Source: Bdellovibrionales bacterium
GTDB taxonomy: Bacteria > Bdellovibrionota > Bdellovibrionia > Bdellovibrionales > JAGQZY01
Assembly (NCBI GenBank): GCA_964230645.1
Contig: CAXRHT010000002.1
Coordinates: forward strand, 928,001-992,000
DNA length: 64,000 bases
Reading direction: 5' to 3'
Shown: in pieces, positions 1 to 10,274 of the stretch
Layout of the letters: each line of letters begins with the position of its first letter
Numbering within the stretch: position 1 is the stretch's first letter
Made by a program: the position numbers and the translations under genes
Notes under the pieces: model-generated
What the model was told of the DNA's origin: nothing
The model's input: only the letters and a program-made list of their open reading frames with translations
Database searches by the model: none

Positions 1-981
1 AAAGAGTCCTCTCCCCTTGTGGTCTCCGTAGATAGCATCGCACAAACAGCGGACTTATTTTCTTTCACAACAGAAGAAGTCCCTGCAGGCTCTGGTACAG
101 GTTTCATTTGGGACAGCAAAGGTCATGTGATTACAAATTTCCACGTGATCCAAGCTGCTCGCTATTCGAACACACAAATCTTTGTCACCACAAAAGAAGG
201 CGAAAGATTGAAAGCCGATATAGTTGGGATAGAACCTAAAAAAGACATCGCTGTTTTAAAAGTGAAAAATTTGAAAGTAAAAGGAAAAGGTTTCTCAGAA
301 AAAATCGCCAACTCCACAAAACTTCAAGTTGGGCAAAAGGTTTTAGCCATTGGAAGCCCTTTCGGTTTTGAACAAACTCTAACAAAAGGAATTATCTCTG
401 CACTAAACCGCTCTATGCCAACAGTCAGCCGCTCAATTACTATAAGAAACATGATTCAAACCGATGCCTCCATCAACCCAGGAAACTCAGGAGGCCCCCT
501 CCTTGATAGCCGCGGTTATCTCACAGGAATGAACACAGCCATAATCTCAGGCTCAGGCTCCTCCGCCGGAATTGGTTTTGCGGTACCCTCAAACACGATT
601 GCAAGAATGGCTGATCAAATTATTAAATACGGCCATGTCAGACAACCAGGCCTCGGTGTCTACGGTCTTGATGCAAGAGAAAAAATGCTCCTTTCAAGAG
701 CCGGCTTTAATTTCACCACAGGTTTCATCATCAAAGACGTAGAAAAAGGAAGTCCCGCCGATCTTGCCGGCCTCCAAGGCCTAAGACGCCACCCCAGTTA
801 CGGCATAAAACTTGGCGACATCATCACCCATATCGACAACACCCAAGTCGAAAACTACGACGACCTCTACAACACCCTAAGCGCAAAAGACGCCGGTGAC
901 GTAGTAAAAGTAAAAGTTCTGAGAAATGGTAAAACCATAGAGAAAAGCGTCACTTTAAAAGTCCTAAACCTAACCAGCTAA
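1..981 (+). CDS. HtrA/DegP-family serine protease (trypsin + one PDZ); 5' end lies outside the window
   Basis: GSGTGF, TNFHV (His), DIAVLK (Asp), TDASINPGNSGGPL (Ser); C-terminal PDZ (GSPADLAGL...GDII). The frame is open from base 1. Confidence 0.93.
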   Translation, partial: KESSPLVVSVDSIAQTADLFSFTTEEVPAGSGTGFIWDSKGHVITNFHVIQAARYSNTQIFVTTKEGERLKADIVGIEPKKDIAVLKVKNLKVKGKGFSEKIANSTKLQVGQKVLAIGSPFGFEQTLTKGIISALNRSMPTVSRSITIRNMIQTDASINPGNSGGPLLDSRGYLTGMNTAIISGSGSSAGIGFAVPSNTIARMADQIIKYGHVRQPGLGVYGLDAREKMLLSRAGFNFTTGFIIKDVEKGSPADLAGLQGLRRHPSYGIKLGDIITHIDNTQVENYDDLYNTLSAKDAGDVVKVKVLRNGKTIEKSVTLKVLNLTS

Positions 982-990
982 CGCCCGTCC

Positions 991-1192
991 CCGATTAGGG
1001 TCATTAGATTTTTCCTCTAAATTTGAAAAACCGTGAGCCTCTTGAAAGAGGCTCGAGCAACGAGCGCTGCGAATCTTGGGTTGCAGCACGCAGTGATGCA
1101 ATCCGGGAGACGAAGTGCACCCGAGTGCGTGCCTCCCTCAAGAGGCTCACGGTTTTTCAAATTTAGAGGAAAGATCTAATGACCCTAATCGG
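991..1192. repeat. 202-bp palindromic element (MITE/REPIN-like) with 55-bp terminal inverted repeats
   Basis: 991-1045 is the reverse complement of 1138-1192 with one mismatch. It lies between the convergent htrA and pilR stop codons. Confidence 0.9.
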
Positions 1193-1211
1193 CCCCAAGC
1201 CAGTAGCTGGC

Positions 1212-2627
1212 TTAGGCGTCATCATCCATATCGTCTTCTTCAGAAATCGACCCAAGGTTGTATTTTTCTACACGGTAGCGCATAGAACGAAAAGAAATAT
1301 CCAAAAGGCCCGCGGCCCGCTTTTTCACACCATTGGCGGCATGAATGGCCTTAATAATAAGTTCTTTTTCAATCTGTCCAAGGACCTTTTCAAGATCAAT
1401 TCCCTCTTCGGTGATTTCAATCCCTTCACTTGAGACCAACTGCCTTGAACCACTAGTGGTCTTTACAAAAGGAGGTAAACTCTCAGGAAGAATGGAAGCG
1501 CCGGCTTCAAGAGCCACAGTTCGCTCAATAATATTTTCTAATTCTCGAACGTTTCCTGGGTAATCGTATTTTTTTAGCACACTCATGGCATCACTGCTGA
1601 TCTGATTGATCGATTTATCAAGACGTTGATTGTACTTTTTCAGAAAGTGTTTTGCTAAAAGAGGTATGTCATCTTTTCTTTCTCTTAGAGCTGGAGTTTT
1701 AATTTGGATCACGTTTAAACGATAAAAAAGGTCCTGACGGAAACCACCGTCTTCTACCATTTGCTCTAGGTCACGGTTAGTCGCTGCGATTAATCGAACG
1801 TTAATGTGAGCATCTTCTGTTCCACCCACACGGCGAATCACGCGTTCTTGAATGGCACGAAGGAGTTTAACCTGAATGGTAATGGGAAGCTCTCCCACTT
1901 CATCAAGAAAGAGAGTTCCACCATCGGCCACTTCAAAAAGACCCGCTTTGTCCGCAACAGCGCCGGTGAATGATCCTTTTTTGTGTCCAAACATTTCTGA
2001 TTCCATAAGGGATTCAGGAATGGCACCACAGTTCACAGTGATAAATGGTTTATCCTTAAGAGGACCGTTATAGTGAATGGCCTTAGCGACCATCTCTTTA
2101 CCCGTTCCACTCTCACCGGTGACTAGAATATTTGTGGGTGTGGCTGAAACTCTTTTCACCATTTCATAAATATGGTGCATAGCCGGCGAATTCCCCACGA
2201 GGCTTTGAAAACTGTATTCTTTATTCAGCTCTTTTTTAAGGGTACGGTTTTCAAGTTCCAAGTGTTGAGAACGAAGAGCATTGGCAATGTTAATTCGCAC
2301 TTCATCGAGCTTGAAGGGTTTGGTGACATAATCGTAAGCCCCCATCTTCATGGCATCAACGGCTGTCTCAGTGGTACCGAAGGCTGTGATCATCATAAAC
2401 AAAAGATCAGAATAATTATCCTTCACATGCTTAAGAAGTTCGATCCCTGTCACATTAGGCATCTGTAAATCGGAAATTACCAAATCAAAGCTCTTCTTTT
2501 GAAGAATATCTATGGCTTTCTGTCCGTCTTCCACACAGGTAACCTGATAACCCTCTTTTTTGAGCATGATTTCGAGGAATTCACGAATGGACTCTTCATC
2601 ATCAACGACTAGAATTCTAGGTTTCAT
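1212..2627 (-). CDS. pilR: Sigma54-dependent response regulator PilR (REC-AAA-HTH)
   Basis: REC domain (VVDDE, DLQMP), GESGTGKE, GSFTGA, FLDEVGE, C-terminal HTH; directly after pilS in the pilBTC operon. Confidence 0.9.
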   Translation of the reverse strand: MKPRILVVDDEESIREFLEIMLKKEGYQVTCVEDGQKAIDILQKKSFDLVISDLQMPNVTGIELLKHVKDNYSDLLFMMITAFGTTETAVDAMKMGAYDYVTKPFKLDEVRINIANALRSQHLELENRTLKKELNKEYSFQSLVGNSPAMHHIYEMVKRVSATPTNILVTGESGTGKEMVAKAIHYNGPLKDKPFITVNCGAIPESLMESEMFGHKKGSFTGAVADKAGLFEVADGGTLFLDEVGELPITIQVKLLRAIQERVIRRVGGTEDAHINVRLIAATNRDLEQMVEDGGFRQDLFYRLNVIQIKTPALRERKDDIPLLAKHFLKKYNQRLDKSINQISSDAMSVLKKYDYPGNVRELENIIERTVALEAGASILPESLPPFVKTTSGSRQLVSSEGIEITEEGIDLEKVLGQIEKELIIKAIHAANGVKKRAAGLLDISFRSMRYRVEKYNLGSISEEDDMDDDA

Positions 2628-2723
2628 CCAATGCCTCCTATCGATATATTGTCGACTTAATCAAGCAATTGAGCAAGTCATACAAAAGGCTAGATTATGA
2701 GCGCTGCGTCTAGCACATGACTC

Positions 2724-4325
2724 TTAAACTACGGGAAATTCCATGCGGAATTCCGTACCAACGCCTTCTTCACTCTCAACACTTAGATTGGCTTGATGAG
2801 CTTCTAAAATAGTGTGAGTGATCGCAAGCCCCAGCCCGGTTCCTTTGTGCTTAGTTGTATGAAATGGTTCAAAGATTCTTTGTTTTAATTTCTCGCTCAT
2901 CCCTATTCCATTGTCTTTGATACTGACAACGACAACAGAACCTGATTTTTTGACAACAACATCAACCTCAGGTTGTTCTTCGTTTTCTGAAGCCTGAAAG
3001 GCATTCACGATTATATTTAAAAAAGCTTGTTTTAATTTATTACGATTGGCTAGGACGATATGACCATTTTCTATTTCTACCGAGCCACCCACCGACTTTC
3101 TTTGCGAGTCGTTCTTTACAAAATCAAGTATTTCAGAAACTAGATCTCCCATATCGACATGGTCTTCGAGCGGAGCTTCCGGTTTTGCAAAATCCAGAAA
3201 TTCGGTAATAAGATTATTGAGGCGATCAATTTCTTTTCCAACAATAGCCATGAGACGAGAGGTCTGCTCTTCATCACTGCCTCCATCCTGCATCAACTGA
3301 ATGCTCCCACTGATACCTGCAAGCGGGTTTCTGATTTCGTGGGCGATCCCCGCTGCCAGCTGTCCGATGGCCGCCATCTTTTCACTTTGGCGCACTCGCT
3401 TTTCGAGAGTTCGCAAATGGGTTTCGTCCTGAAAGCTGACAATCTTCCCTTTCACCTCACCTTGAGCATCTCTTAAAGCATTGACGTTTGTGCGAAGAAC
3501 ACGTTTTTCACCTTGTTTTTTGTACTGAATATCAAAGCTTTTATCTAATTCGACTCGCTTAATATCAAGACTTGGTAAGAACTCCTCTATAGGAGCTCCA
3601 ACAAGCTGCTGAGTCGAAACCCCTAAAATACTATGGGAGGAAGGGTTGGCCTGCAGTATTTTATTGTCACCATCGATGGTGAGAAGACCGGATTGAATGC
3701 TGTTTAATATGAGTTCATTGAGATTTTTTAAGACGCGAACATCTTTTGTTTTTTCTTTGAGTCGCTCTCCCATGAAGTTAAGCTGTTCGCTTAAGAAGCC
3801 AGAAAGATAAGCCACCGTAAAGAAGGCAAAATTGTTCACGCCCACGGCCAAATAGGCTGTATTTCCAGTCAGGCTAGTATCAAGGGAAACGATGAAAGAA
3901 AAAAGCACAGAAGTCCAAAGAGCCAGAGAAAGGGCTCCTTTTCGCTGATAAAGAACTCCACACAGAATTAAATTGACCAAGTAAAGAAAAATTAAAATAG
4001 ACTGCTGAATACCAATAAAATAAATGAGACCAGTTATATAAAAAGCTTCAAAAAAGAAGAGGAAGTAGTTCACCCATTTGTTTTTATAGAGATATTTAAA
4101 AAAACTAAAAAATGCGATCTGCAGAAAACAAGAAAGAGCGATTAACCAGTAAAGCGGATAAAAGACCTGAACCGCTTCAATTCTTGATTCAATAAACTGA
4201 AAGGACAAAGTGAATAGAAAAACGACACATAAAAAGGCGAAACGAATCGAATGAACCGTTAAAGCCTGACTTTCAGTCTTTGAAAAATCAAATCGATGCT
4301 TCAAGGATTTAATATTATACTCCAC
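2724..4325 (-). CDS. pilS: Membrane sensor histidine kinase PilS
   Basis: Several N-terminal TM helices, PAS-like region, AHEIRNPL H-box, DNGIG and GTGLGL; between pilC and pilR. Confidence 0.88.
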   Translation of the reverse strand: MEYNIKSLKHRFDFSKTESQALTVHSIRFAFLCVVFLFTLSFQFIESRIEAVQVFYPLYWLIALSCFLQIAFFSFFKYLYKNKWVNYFLFFFEAFYITGLIYFIGIQQSILIFLYLVNLILCGVLYQRKGALSLALWTSVLFSFIVSLDTSLTGNTAYLAVGVNNFAFFTVAYLSGFLSEQLNFMGERLKEKTKDVRVLKNLNELILNSIQSGLLTIDGDNKILQANPSSHSILGVSTQQLVGAPIEEFLPSLDIKRVELDKSFDIQYKKQGEKRVLRTNVNALRDAQGEVKGKIVSFQDETHLRTLEKRVRQSEKMAAIGQLAAGIAHEIRNPLAGISGSIQLMQDGGSDEEQTSRLMAIVGKEIDRLNNLITEFLDFAKPEAPLEDHVDMGDLVSEILDFVKNDSQRKSVGGSVEIENGHIVLANRNKLKQAFLNIIVNAFQASENEEQPEVDVVVKKSGSVVVVSIKDNGIGMSEKLKQRIFEPFHTTKHKGTGLGLAITHTILEAHQANLSVESEEGVGTEFRMEFPVV

Positions 4326-5529
4326 CAGCCATATTAAAGATCGGAAGATACATTGCGATCACGAAGAAGGCGACAATTCCACCCAGTACCACGATCATCA
4401 TAGGCTCCATTAAGCTTGTAATACTATTGACCGCCACATCCACTTCGTCTTCATAAAAGTCGGCCACCTTATCAAGCATACCGTCGAGTGCTCCTGTCTG
4501 TTCTCCCACCGCGATCATTTGTACCACCATATGGGGTATGAAGGTCTCTTGGGCCAAAGGCACAGACAATAACTTTCCTTTTGCTACCGAAGCTTTTGAT
4601 TTTAATAAGGCTTTTTCCAGAAGTGAATTACCACAGGTGTTGGCCGAAATCGTGAGGGCTTCCATGATCGATACACCGGCAGCAAGGAGTGTTGCCAAAG
4701 TTCTTGAAAAACGAGCCATCGCACTTTTAATCACAAACTCCCCGAAAACAGGGGTTCGTATCAAGATATTATCAAATTGATTGCGACCGGCGGGGCTATT
4801 GACCCAGGTTCGAAACAAAACCACAATTCCAACAACACCACCGATAATGATATACCATTTGTTTCTTACGTAATCACTCATGTCCATACACAGGCGGGTC
4901 AATGCGGGAATTTGCTGTCCGGAGCTTTCAAATATCTCTACGAACTTGGGAATAACAAAAACTAGAAGACCTGTTACAACAGCAAGCGCGATTATTAGAA
5001 CGATAATGGGATAGGACATGGCCCCTTTGATTTTACCGTTTAGCTTTACTGATTTTTCAATGTAAGCCGCCAAGCGATTGAGAACCTGATCGAGCACCCC
5101 TCCCTCTTCACCGGCAATTAACATATTGATATAGAATTTACTGAAAACATTCGGGTGGGCTTTAAAAGCATCTCCTAATTTTTTCCCTTCGGAGATATCT
5201 TGCACAATCTTTTTTAAGGCAGCATCCAACGCCTTACCCCTAGGAGACTGCGCTAGCACTTCCAAGGCTTGAACAAGGGGCACCCCTGATTGAATAAGAA
5301 CCGAAAGCTGTCTGGTAAAAACTTGCAGATCCTTCGGTTTAGCCTTAGCTCGGGCGACTTTTGCAGAACTGGAAGAAGAGGCTCTTGCCATACTGCCCGC
5401 CCCCACCTTGATGGGGATAAGCTTTTTCGCTCGCAACTTGATTCGAGCTTCAGCCTCGGAGTTGGCTTCGATACTTCCTTGCACCACTTTGCCGTTAAAG
5501 GCTTTGGCTTTGTATCCATAAGTTGGCAT
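4315..5529 (-). CDS. pilC: Type IV pilus platform protein PilC (GspF family)
   Basis: FTRQLSVL, GEEGGVLD, AMSYP, VGEQTGALD, AMYLPIF. Confidence 0.95.
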   Translation of the reverse strand: MPTYGYKAKAFNGKVVQGSIEANSEAEARIKLRAKKLIPIKVGAGSMARASSSSSAKVARAKAKPKDLQVFTRQLSVLIQSGVPLVQALEVLAQSPRGKALDAALKKIVQDISEGKKLGDAFKAHPNVFSKFYINMLIAGEEGGVLDQVLNRLAAYIEKSVKLNGKIKGAMSYPIIVLIIALAVVTGLLVFVIPKFVEIFESSGQQIPALTRLCMDMSDYVRNKWYIIIGGVVGIVVLFRTWVNSPAGRNQFDNILIRTPVFGEFVIKSAMARFSRTLATLLAAGVSIMEALTISANTCGNSLLEKALLKSKASVAKGKLLSVPLAQETFIPHMVVQMIAVGEQTGALDGMLDKVADFYEDEVDVAVNSITSLMEPMMIVVLGGIVAFFVIAMYLPIFNMAGGV

Positions 5530-5552
5530 CTAGCGCCTCCTCTGGTCGTTCA

Positions 5553-6623
5553 TCAAAGCCCCGCCTTTTGAAAAAGATTGATCATATTTTCCGAATCTTG
5601 ACTATTTTGGATGGCTTGCTCTTTGGTGAGATGACCTTTTTTAAACAGATTGAAAAGGTTTTGATTGAGGGTTGTCATCCCGCTCTTCTTTTGTCCTACC
5701 TGCATTAAGGATTCGATCTGGTGAAGTTTATTTTCGCGAATCAAGTTCCTAATTCCGGGATTCAGTAAAAGCAGCTCGTAGGCCAAAACACGACCTCCCT
5801 TTTTACTAGGCAGTAGTTTCTGACTAATCACACCTTGAAGAACGAAACTTAGGATTACACGAATTCTTTCCTGCTGCTCGGCTGGAAAAATACTGACCAT
5901 TCTATTGATCGTCTGAATGGCAGAATTGGTATGCAATGTTGAAAAAACAAGGTGCCCTGTCTCAGCGAGTCTTAAGGAAACCTCAACAGCTTCCAGATCG
6001 CGCAACTCCCCAATCAAGCAGTAGTCGGGATCTTGCCTTACCACAGCTTTCAAAGCTTTGGAGAAACTATTGGAATCGGCACCAATCTCTCTTTGGCTGA
6101 CCATACATTTACCGTGATCATGGACATACTCGATAGGGTCTTCAAGAGTCACAATATGACCGTATTTTTCCCGATTGATTGAATCCAGAAGTGAGGCAAT
6201 AGTTGTAGTTTTACCGGAGCCCGTGGGTCCTGTTACGAGAACCAAACCATTGGGTAAATTAGTTAAGGCTTTAACATAATCGGGAAGTCCCAACTCTTGA
6301 AAGTCTGGTATGTCTTCTGGAATTCGTCGGAAAGCACCGGCCACAGTGTTTTTCGAGAAATAGAAGTTGGCTCGAAATCTTGCAGTGCCCTTCACCTCAA
6401 AACTACAATCAAGCTCTTTTGTTTGTTCGAACTTGGCTTTTTGGTGATCATTAAGAACGGAGTAACACATTCGCAAGGAATCGTCGGGAGTGAGTTTATC
6501 CATCTTGACTCGAATGATTTTACCATCAATACGAAGTCCCGGCGCCGCACCGGCTGTTATATGAATATCGGAAGCCCCCCGCTCGGTGGCAAATTTCAGT
6601 AGTTGGATGAGCTTCATCTTCAT
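5553..6623 (-). CDS. pilT: Type IV pilus retraction ATPase PilT
   Basis: ASDIHI, GPTGSGKTT, RQDPD, AETGHLVFSTLHT, GIRNLIRE (AIRNLIRE-type motif). Confidence 0.95.
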   Translation of the reverse strand: MKMKLIQLLKFATERGASDIHITAGAAPGLRIDGKIIRVKMDKLTPDDSLRMCYSVLNDHQKAKFEQTKELDCSFEVKGTARFRANFYFSKNTVAGAFRRIPEDIPDFQELGLPDYVKALTNLPNGLVLVTGPTGSGKTTTIASLLDSINREKYGHIVTLEDPIEYVHDHGKCMVSQREIGADSNSFSKALKAVVRQDPDYCLIGELRDLEAVEVSLRLAETGHLVFSTLHTNSAIQTINRMVSIFPAEQQERIRVILSFVLQGVISQKLLPSKKGGRVLAYELLLLNPGIRNLIRENKLHQIESLMQVGQKKSGMTTLNQNLFNLFKKGHLTKEQAIQNSQDSENMINLFQKAGL

Positions 6624-8320
6624 TTGTATTCAGGGTCCTTCATAGTTTTAGTGAGCACTTCTTGAACGGAAGCCAAGCCCTTTTTAATTTTAGTCACTCC
6701 CGACATACGCAGAGAGATCATTCCACCGGCCAAAGCCGCCCGTCTTAATTGCAAGGGTGTGGCACCGGTTAAAACCGCATCACGTATTTCATCAGTCATA
6801 GGCATAACTTCGTAAACAGCCACTCGACCCGTTTTCCCCGTATTATCGCAGGCTCCACAACCAGCCCCTTTCATCGCCTCAAACTCACCCCACTCTTCCT
6901 CGGGAACTTGTAGCTCTTGTAAAACTTCGGGGGTTAATTTTTCTGGCTCTAAACAATGAGGGCAGTTTTTCTTTAAAAGTCGCTGAGCTAAAATTAACTC
7001 AATCGTGGCTGTGATCAAAAACTTGGGAATTCCCATATTCAGGAGACGATCAATCGTTTTGGGAGCATCGTTGGTGTGCAAAGTACTTAAAACCAAGTGA
7101 CCTGTTGATGCGGCTTCAAAAGCAATTTCACCGGTTTCAACATCTCGAATCTCCCCCACAAGAATCACATCGGGATCCTGCCTTAGGAAGGACCGCAAGG
7201 CTTCAGCAAAGGTAAAACCAATATCAGGCTTTGTTTGCACCTGATTTATACCTTCGATATTAAACTCGACAGGATCCTCGGCCGTACTAATATTTTTCGT
7301 GACATCGTGGAGTTCGTAAAGGGCCGAATAAAGTGTTGTGGTTTTACCAGACCCCGTAGGACCGGTCACAAGAACCAGTCCTTGTGGTCTTCTAATAGCA
7401 CTTAGAAATTTTTCTAGTTCAACATCCTCAAACCCAAGATCTCTTAAATCGAGCTTAAGATTGGTTTTATCCAGAATACGCAAGACGACTTTCTCTCCGC
7501 CCACCGTGGGAAGAACACTCATACGAAAATCCACAGCTTCTTTCCCGGGCATTTTAATACGAATTCGACCGTCCTGGGGTTTTCTTTTCTCGGTAATATT
7601 CAATCGAGCCATAACTTTCAGACGACTCGAAAGAGCGGAACCCATGGCAGCAGGCGGGCGATACTTCTCCATCAAAGTTCCATCTTTGCGAAAGCGCACT
7701 CTAAGAACTTTTTCATAGGGTTCCACATGGATATCTGAGGTTCCCGAATTAATCGCTTCCACCAGCATAGTATTAACAAAACGAATTACAGGATCTGTGC
7801 TTTCCTCAATTTCGTACTCAACACTCGGACTTAGAACGTCATCGGCTGATTCCGCTTCCATTTCTGTCAGGATGTTTCCAGCCGACTCGCCCACTTCGCC
7901 GTAGTATTTTTCGATGGCCGTATCAATTTCTGTATCAAGGGCCACCACAGGTTGAATTTTGCAACGGGTGAGGAAGGCAATGTCATCTTTTACAAAGATA
8001 TTGGAGGGATCACTAAAGGCCACAACGAGACTTCCGCCAGCCTTTGAAACAGGGATCACTCCATGTTTCTTACAGTTCTCCACACTAAGAAGCTTGAGAG
8101 CTTCTTCATCCAGTTCAAACGAATGCAGGTCAATGGCTGGAAAGCCATAGGAGTCAGCGAGCTTTTCTCTCAGACTCTCCGGGTTGACCATCCCCTGCTT
8201 TAACAGAATTGAGGTCAGTTTTTCCCCTGTCTTTTTTTGTTCCGCCTTTGCCTTTTCCAAATCTTTTGCTGTAATGACTTGGTCATCGACGAGCGTGCTC
8301 ACGAGTGCTTTGGTCGCCAC
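6620..8320 (-). CDS. pilB: Type IV pilus assembly ATPase PilB
   Basis: N-terminal MshEN-like region, SDIHVEP, GPTGSGKTTT, RQDPD, tetracysteine CPHC...CGAC. Confidence 0.95.
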   Translation of the reverse strand: MATKALVSTLVDDQVITAKDLEKAKAEQKKTGEKLTSILLKQGMVNPESLREKLADSYGFPAIDLHSFELDEEALKLLSVENCKKHGVIPVSKAGGSLVVAFSDPSNIFVKDDIAFLTRCKIQPVVALDTEIDTAIEKYYGEVGESAGNILTEMEAESADDVLSPSVEYEIEESTDPVIRFVNTMLVEAINSGTSDIHVEPYEKVLRVRFRKDGTLMEKYRPPAAMGSALSSRLKVMARLNITEKRKPQDGRIRIKMPGKEAVDFRMSVLPTVGGEKVVLRILDKTNLKLDLRDLGFEDVELEKFLSAIRRPQGLVLVTGPTGSGKTTTLYSALYELHDVTKNISTAEDPVEFNIEGINQVQTKPDIGFTFAEALRSFLRQDPDVILVGEIRDVETGEIAFEAASTGHLVLSTLHTNDAPKTIDRLLNMGIPKFLITATIELILAQRLLKKNCPHCLEPEKLTPEVLQELQVPEEEWGEFEAMKGAGCGACDNTGKTGRVAVYEVMPMTDEIRDAVLTGATPLQLRRAALAGGMISLRMSGVTKIKKGLASVQEVLTKTMKDPEYK

Positions 8321-8443
8321 TTTGATCCTCCAGAAAAATTCCGTCCTTCTAGTAGTTTACAGTATGTGGTGGAAAAGAAAACGAGACTGAGGTCTAGCCT
8401 ATGAACTTAGATCTTTTAGAGAAGTTTAAGGTAGACGAATGAG

Positions 8444-9226
8444 CTATTTTTGTAGGCACTTTTTAAGTTCATCAGCCAAAATTTGCGTGTAGACCTCGCT
8501 GAACTCCTGGCTCTTAATGACTTCAACCCCTAAGGCCTTCACTTCCTCAAATAAAAAATTGGACTCTCCGGCCAGATCAAAAACCATAGAGTTCCCTGAA
8601 AGAAAGTGAAAGTAGCTCATATCCTCTAAGGTCTGCTGAGAGTAAAAGTCCTCTAAAACAAAACAAAGGGAGTACTCCTTTTGACTTTGAATGAAGGCAT
8701 CGGAATTGACTGTGGCCGTCTTTACGTCAAAAAGTCCAGCCACCGCATCTTGGTAGGAGTAAGTCGATTCGTTTTCTTCATGAAGATTGAGAAAAACGAA
8801 GTCATTAAATCCAAACTGGGACAATACACCCAGAGAGGGGTATATCAATGGAGAGTCGCCTAAAAAAATCACCGAACCCTTATAGTCCTGAGTTCGAATA
8901 TGAGTACGAATGACTTTTTCCAGCACCTCGAAAAACAGGCAACGCCCCCAGAGATCTCCCTTTTCAACTTTAACAAAGTCGATATATTTTAAAAAATGAC
9001 TCCCTACAGAGCGTCGTTTAACGATCCTACCTAACTGCAGACAAAAAGGTCCTCGTGCGACACCAAAATCAAATTGAGTGAGTTGACTGGATTTTTCGAG
9101 CTCTTCTTTTGACGAAAAAGCTGTCCAGTCCACGTCTGACTCCTGGAGCTGTGAGGAGTTTTTTAAGAATTCCGTCCATTTTTCCGGTTCAAAGGAGAGA
9201 GCAAATCCCTTTAACTTTTTAGGCAT
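8444..9226 (-). CDS. Degenerate shikimate dehydrogenase (AroE)-like protein
   Basis: 260 aa; Rossmann-like VIFLGDSP, FVFLN and MVFDL in AroE order; between ribF and pilB. Start reassigned to ATG 9226 (RBS GGAGAGG, overlaps the ribF stop). Confidence 0.5.
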   Translation of the reverse strand: MPKKLKGFALSFEPEKWTEFLKNSSQLQESDVDWTAFSSKEELEKSSQLTQFDFGVARGPFCLQLGRIVKRRSVGSHFLKYIDFVKVEKGDLWGRCLFFEVLEKVIRTHIRTQDYKGSVIFLGDSPLIYPSLGVLSQFGFNDFVFLNLHEENESTYSYQDAVAGLFDVKTATVNSDAFIQSQKEYSLCFVLEDFYSQQTLEDMSYFHFLSGNSMVFDLAGESNFLFEEVKALGVEVIKSQEFSEVYTQILADELKKCLQK

Positions 9227-10157
9227 GATCCCTCTCCTTAAAATAAGCTCGCGTTTGTTCGACATCTTTTTTTATTTGTCTGACTAGATCATCGCGGCCT
9301 TTAAATTTTTTTTCATCTCTAATCTTACCAAGAAACTCGAAGTCCAAACGCGAATGGTATAGGTCTTCAGAGAAATCGAGTAAATGGGCCTCCACTTGCC
9401 TCTTCTCGTCACCACCAATTGTTGGTCGGACCCCATTATTTAAAACAGCTTTATAGGCTTTCCCACCTTTGTGGCACCAGCCCCAATAAACTCCATCAGC
9501 AGGAAGAAGTGTACAGACATCTGATAAATTGGCTGTGGGAAATCCCAATTGCTGACCAATACCGTCTCCTTTGGAAACTTTTCCTGAAATCTTGTAATTG
9601 TAGCCAAGAAAGCTACCAGCCTCCTCCACTTCTCCTTGAGTGAGGAGCGAACGAATAAGGCTACTTGAAACTTTTTTGCCATTCACAATAAGGGCTTTAT
9701 CTTGCAATACCTCCACTGGCTCGGACTTCAAACTTTCTTTTAAGAATGCAAAGTCTCCCTGTCCTTTTTTACCAAAGGTAAAGTCGTACCCGGACAAAAT
9801 AAGGTCTGGAGAAAGCGAGGGCAGGAGGTAGTCATTCACAAAGGCCTGAGGACTAAGGTCAGCAAAACCTTGATGGAAATCCTGAAGAAATAAAAAATCC
9901 AGGCCTAATTGTTCAAGTCGTGCGACTTTCTGCGCTTTGGTCTGAAGATACTGGAACTGAGGCAGCTTAAAAAAGTCCGAGGGATGGGGCTGAAAACTTA
10001 AAACAGCCGTCTTGAGTCCTCGTTTTTGAGCCTCCCCCTTCAATCGCTTTATTAGAGCGCAATGTCCCAAATGCACGCCATCAAAATTGCCCATGGTCAC
10101 GGCTAAAGACTCGGTGACGGTAGGCATTTCGTTGAGGCGACCTTCAATAACGTCCAT
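9219..10157 (-). CDS. ribF: Bifunctional riboflavin kinase/FAD synthetase
   Basis: GNFDGVHLGH, GYDFTFG, VSSSLIR, GFPTAN, GVRPT, IRDEKKF; probable start ATG 10157. Confidence 0.96.
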   Translation of the reverse strand: MDVIEGRLNEMPTVTESLAVTMGNFDGVHLGHCALIKRLKGEAQKRGLKTAVLSFQPHPSDFFKLPQFQYLQTKAQKVARLEQLGLDFLFLQDFHQGFADLSPQAFVNDYLLPSLSPDLILSGYDFTFGKKGQGDFAFLKESLKSEPVEVLQDKALIVNGKKVSSSLIRSLLTQGEVEEAGSFLGYNYKISGKVSKGDGIGQQLGFPTANLSDVCTLLPADGVYWGWCHKGGKAYKAVLNNGVRPTIGGDEKRQVEAHLLDFSEDLYHSRLDFEFLGKIRDEKKFKGRDDLVRQIKKDVEQTRAYFKERDHA

Positions 10158-10274
10158 GTAGTGAACATACCAGGAATTCGTAAAGAGGTTAAGAAAACTC
10201 ATAGGGATCATTTTGAGTTTTTAAGTTCGTTGACCAAGGACCGGGCACCTAGACGCCACCCCCTCGGCACAGCT

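Noticed and set aside
1179..1433. 84-aa + strand ORF starting in the inverted repeat
   Set aside because: Antisense shadow of pilR with no RBS or motif; the same applies to the many short ORFs nested in long genes.
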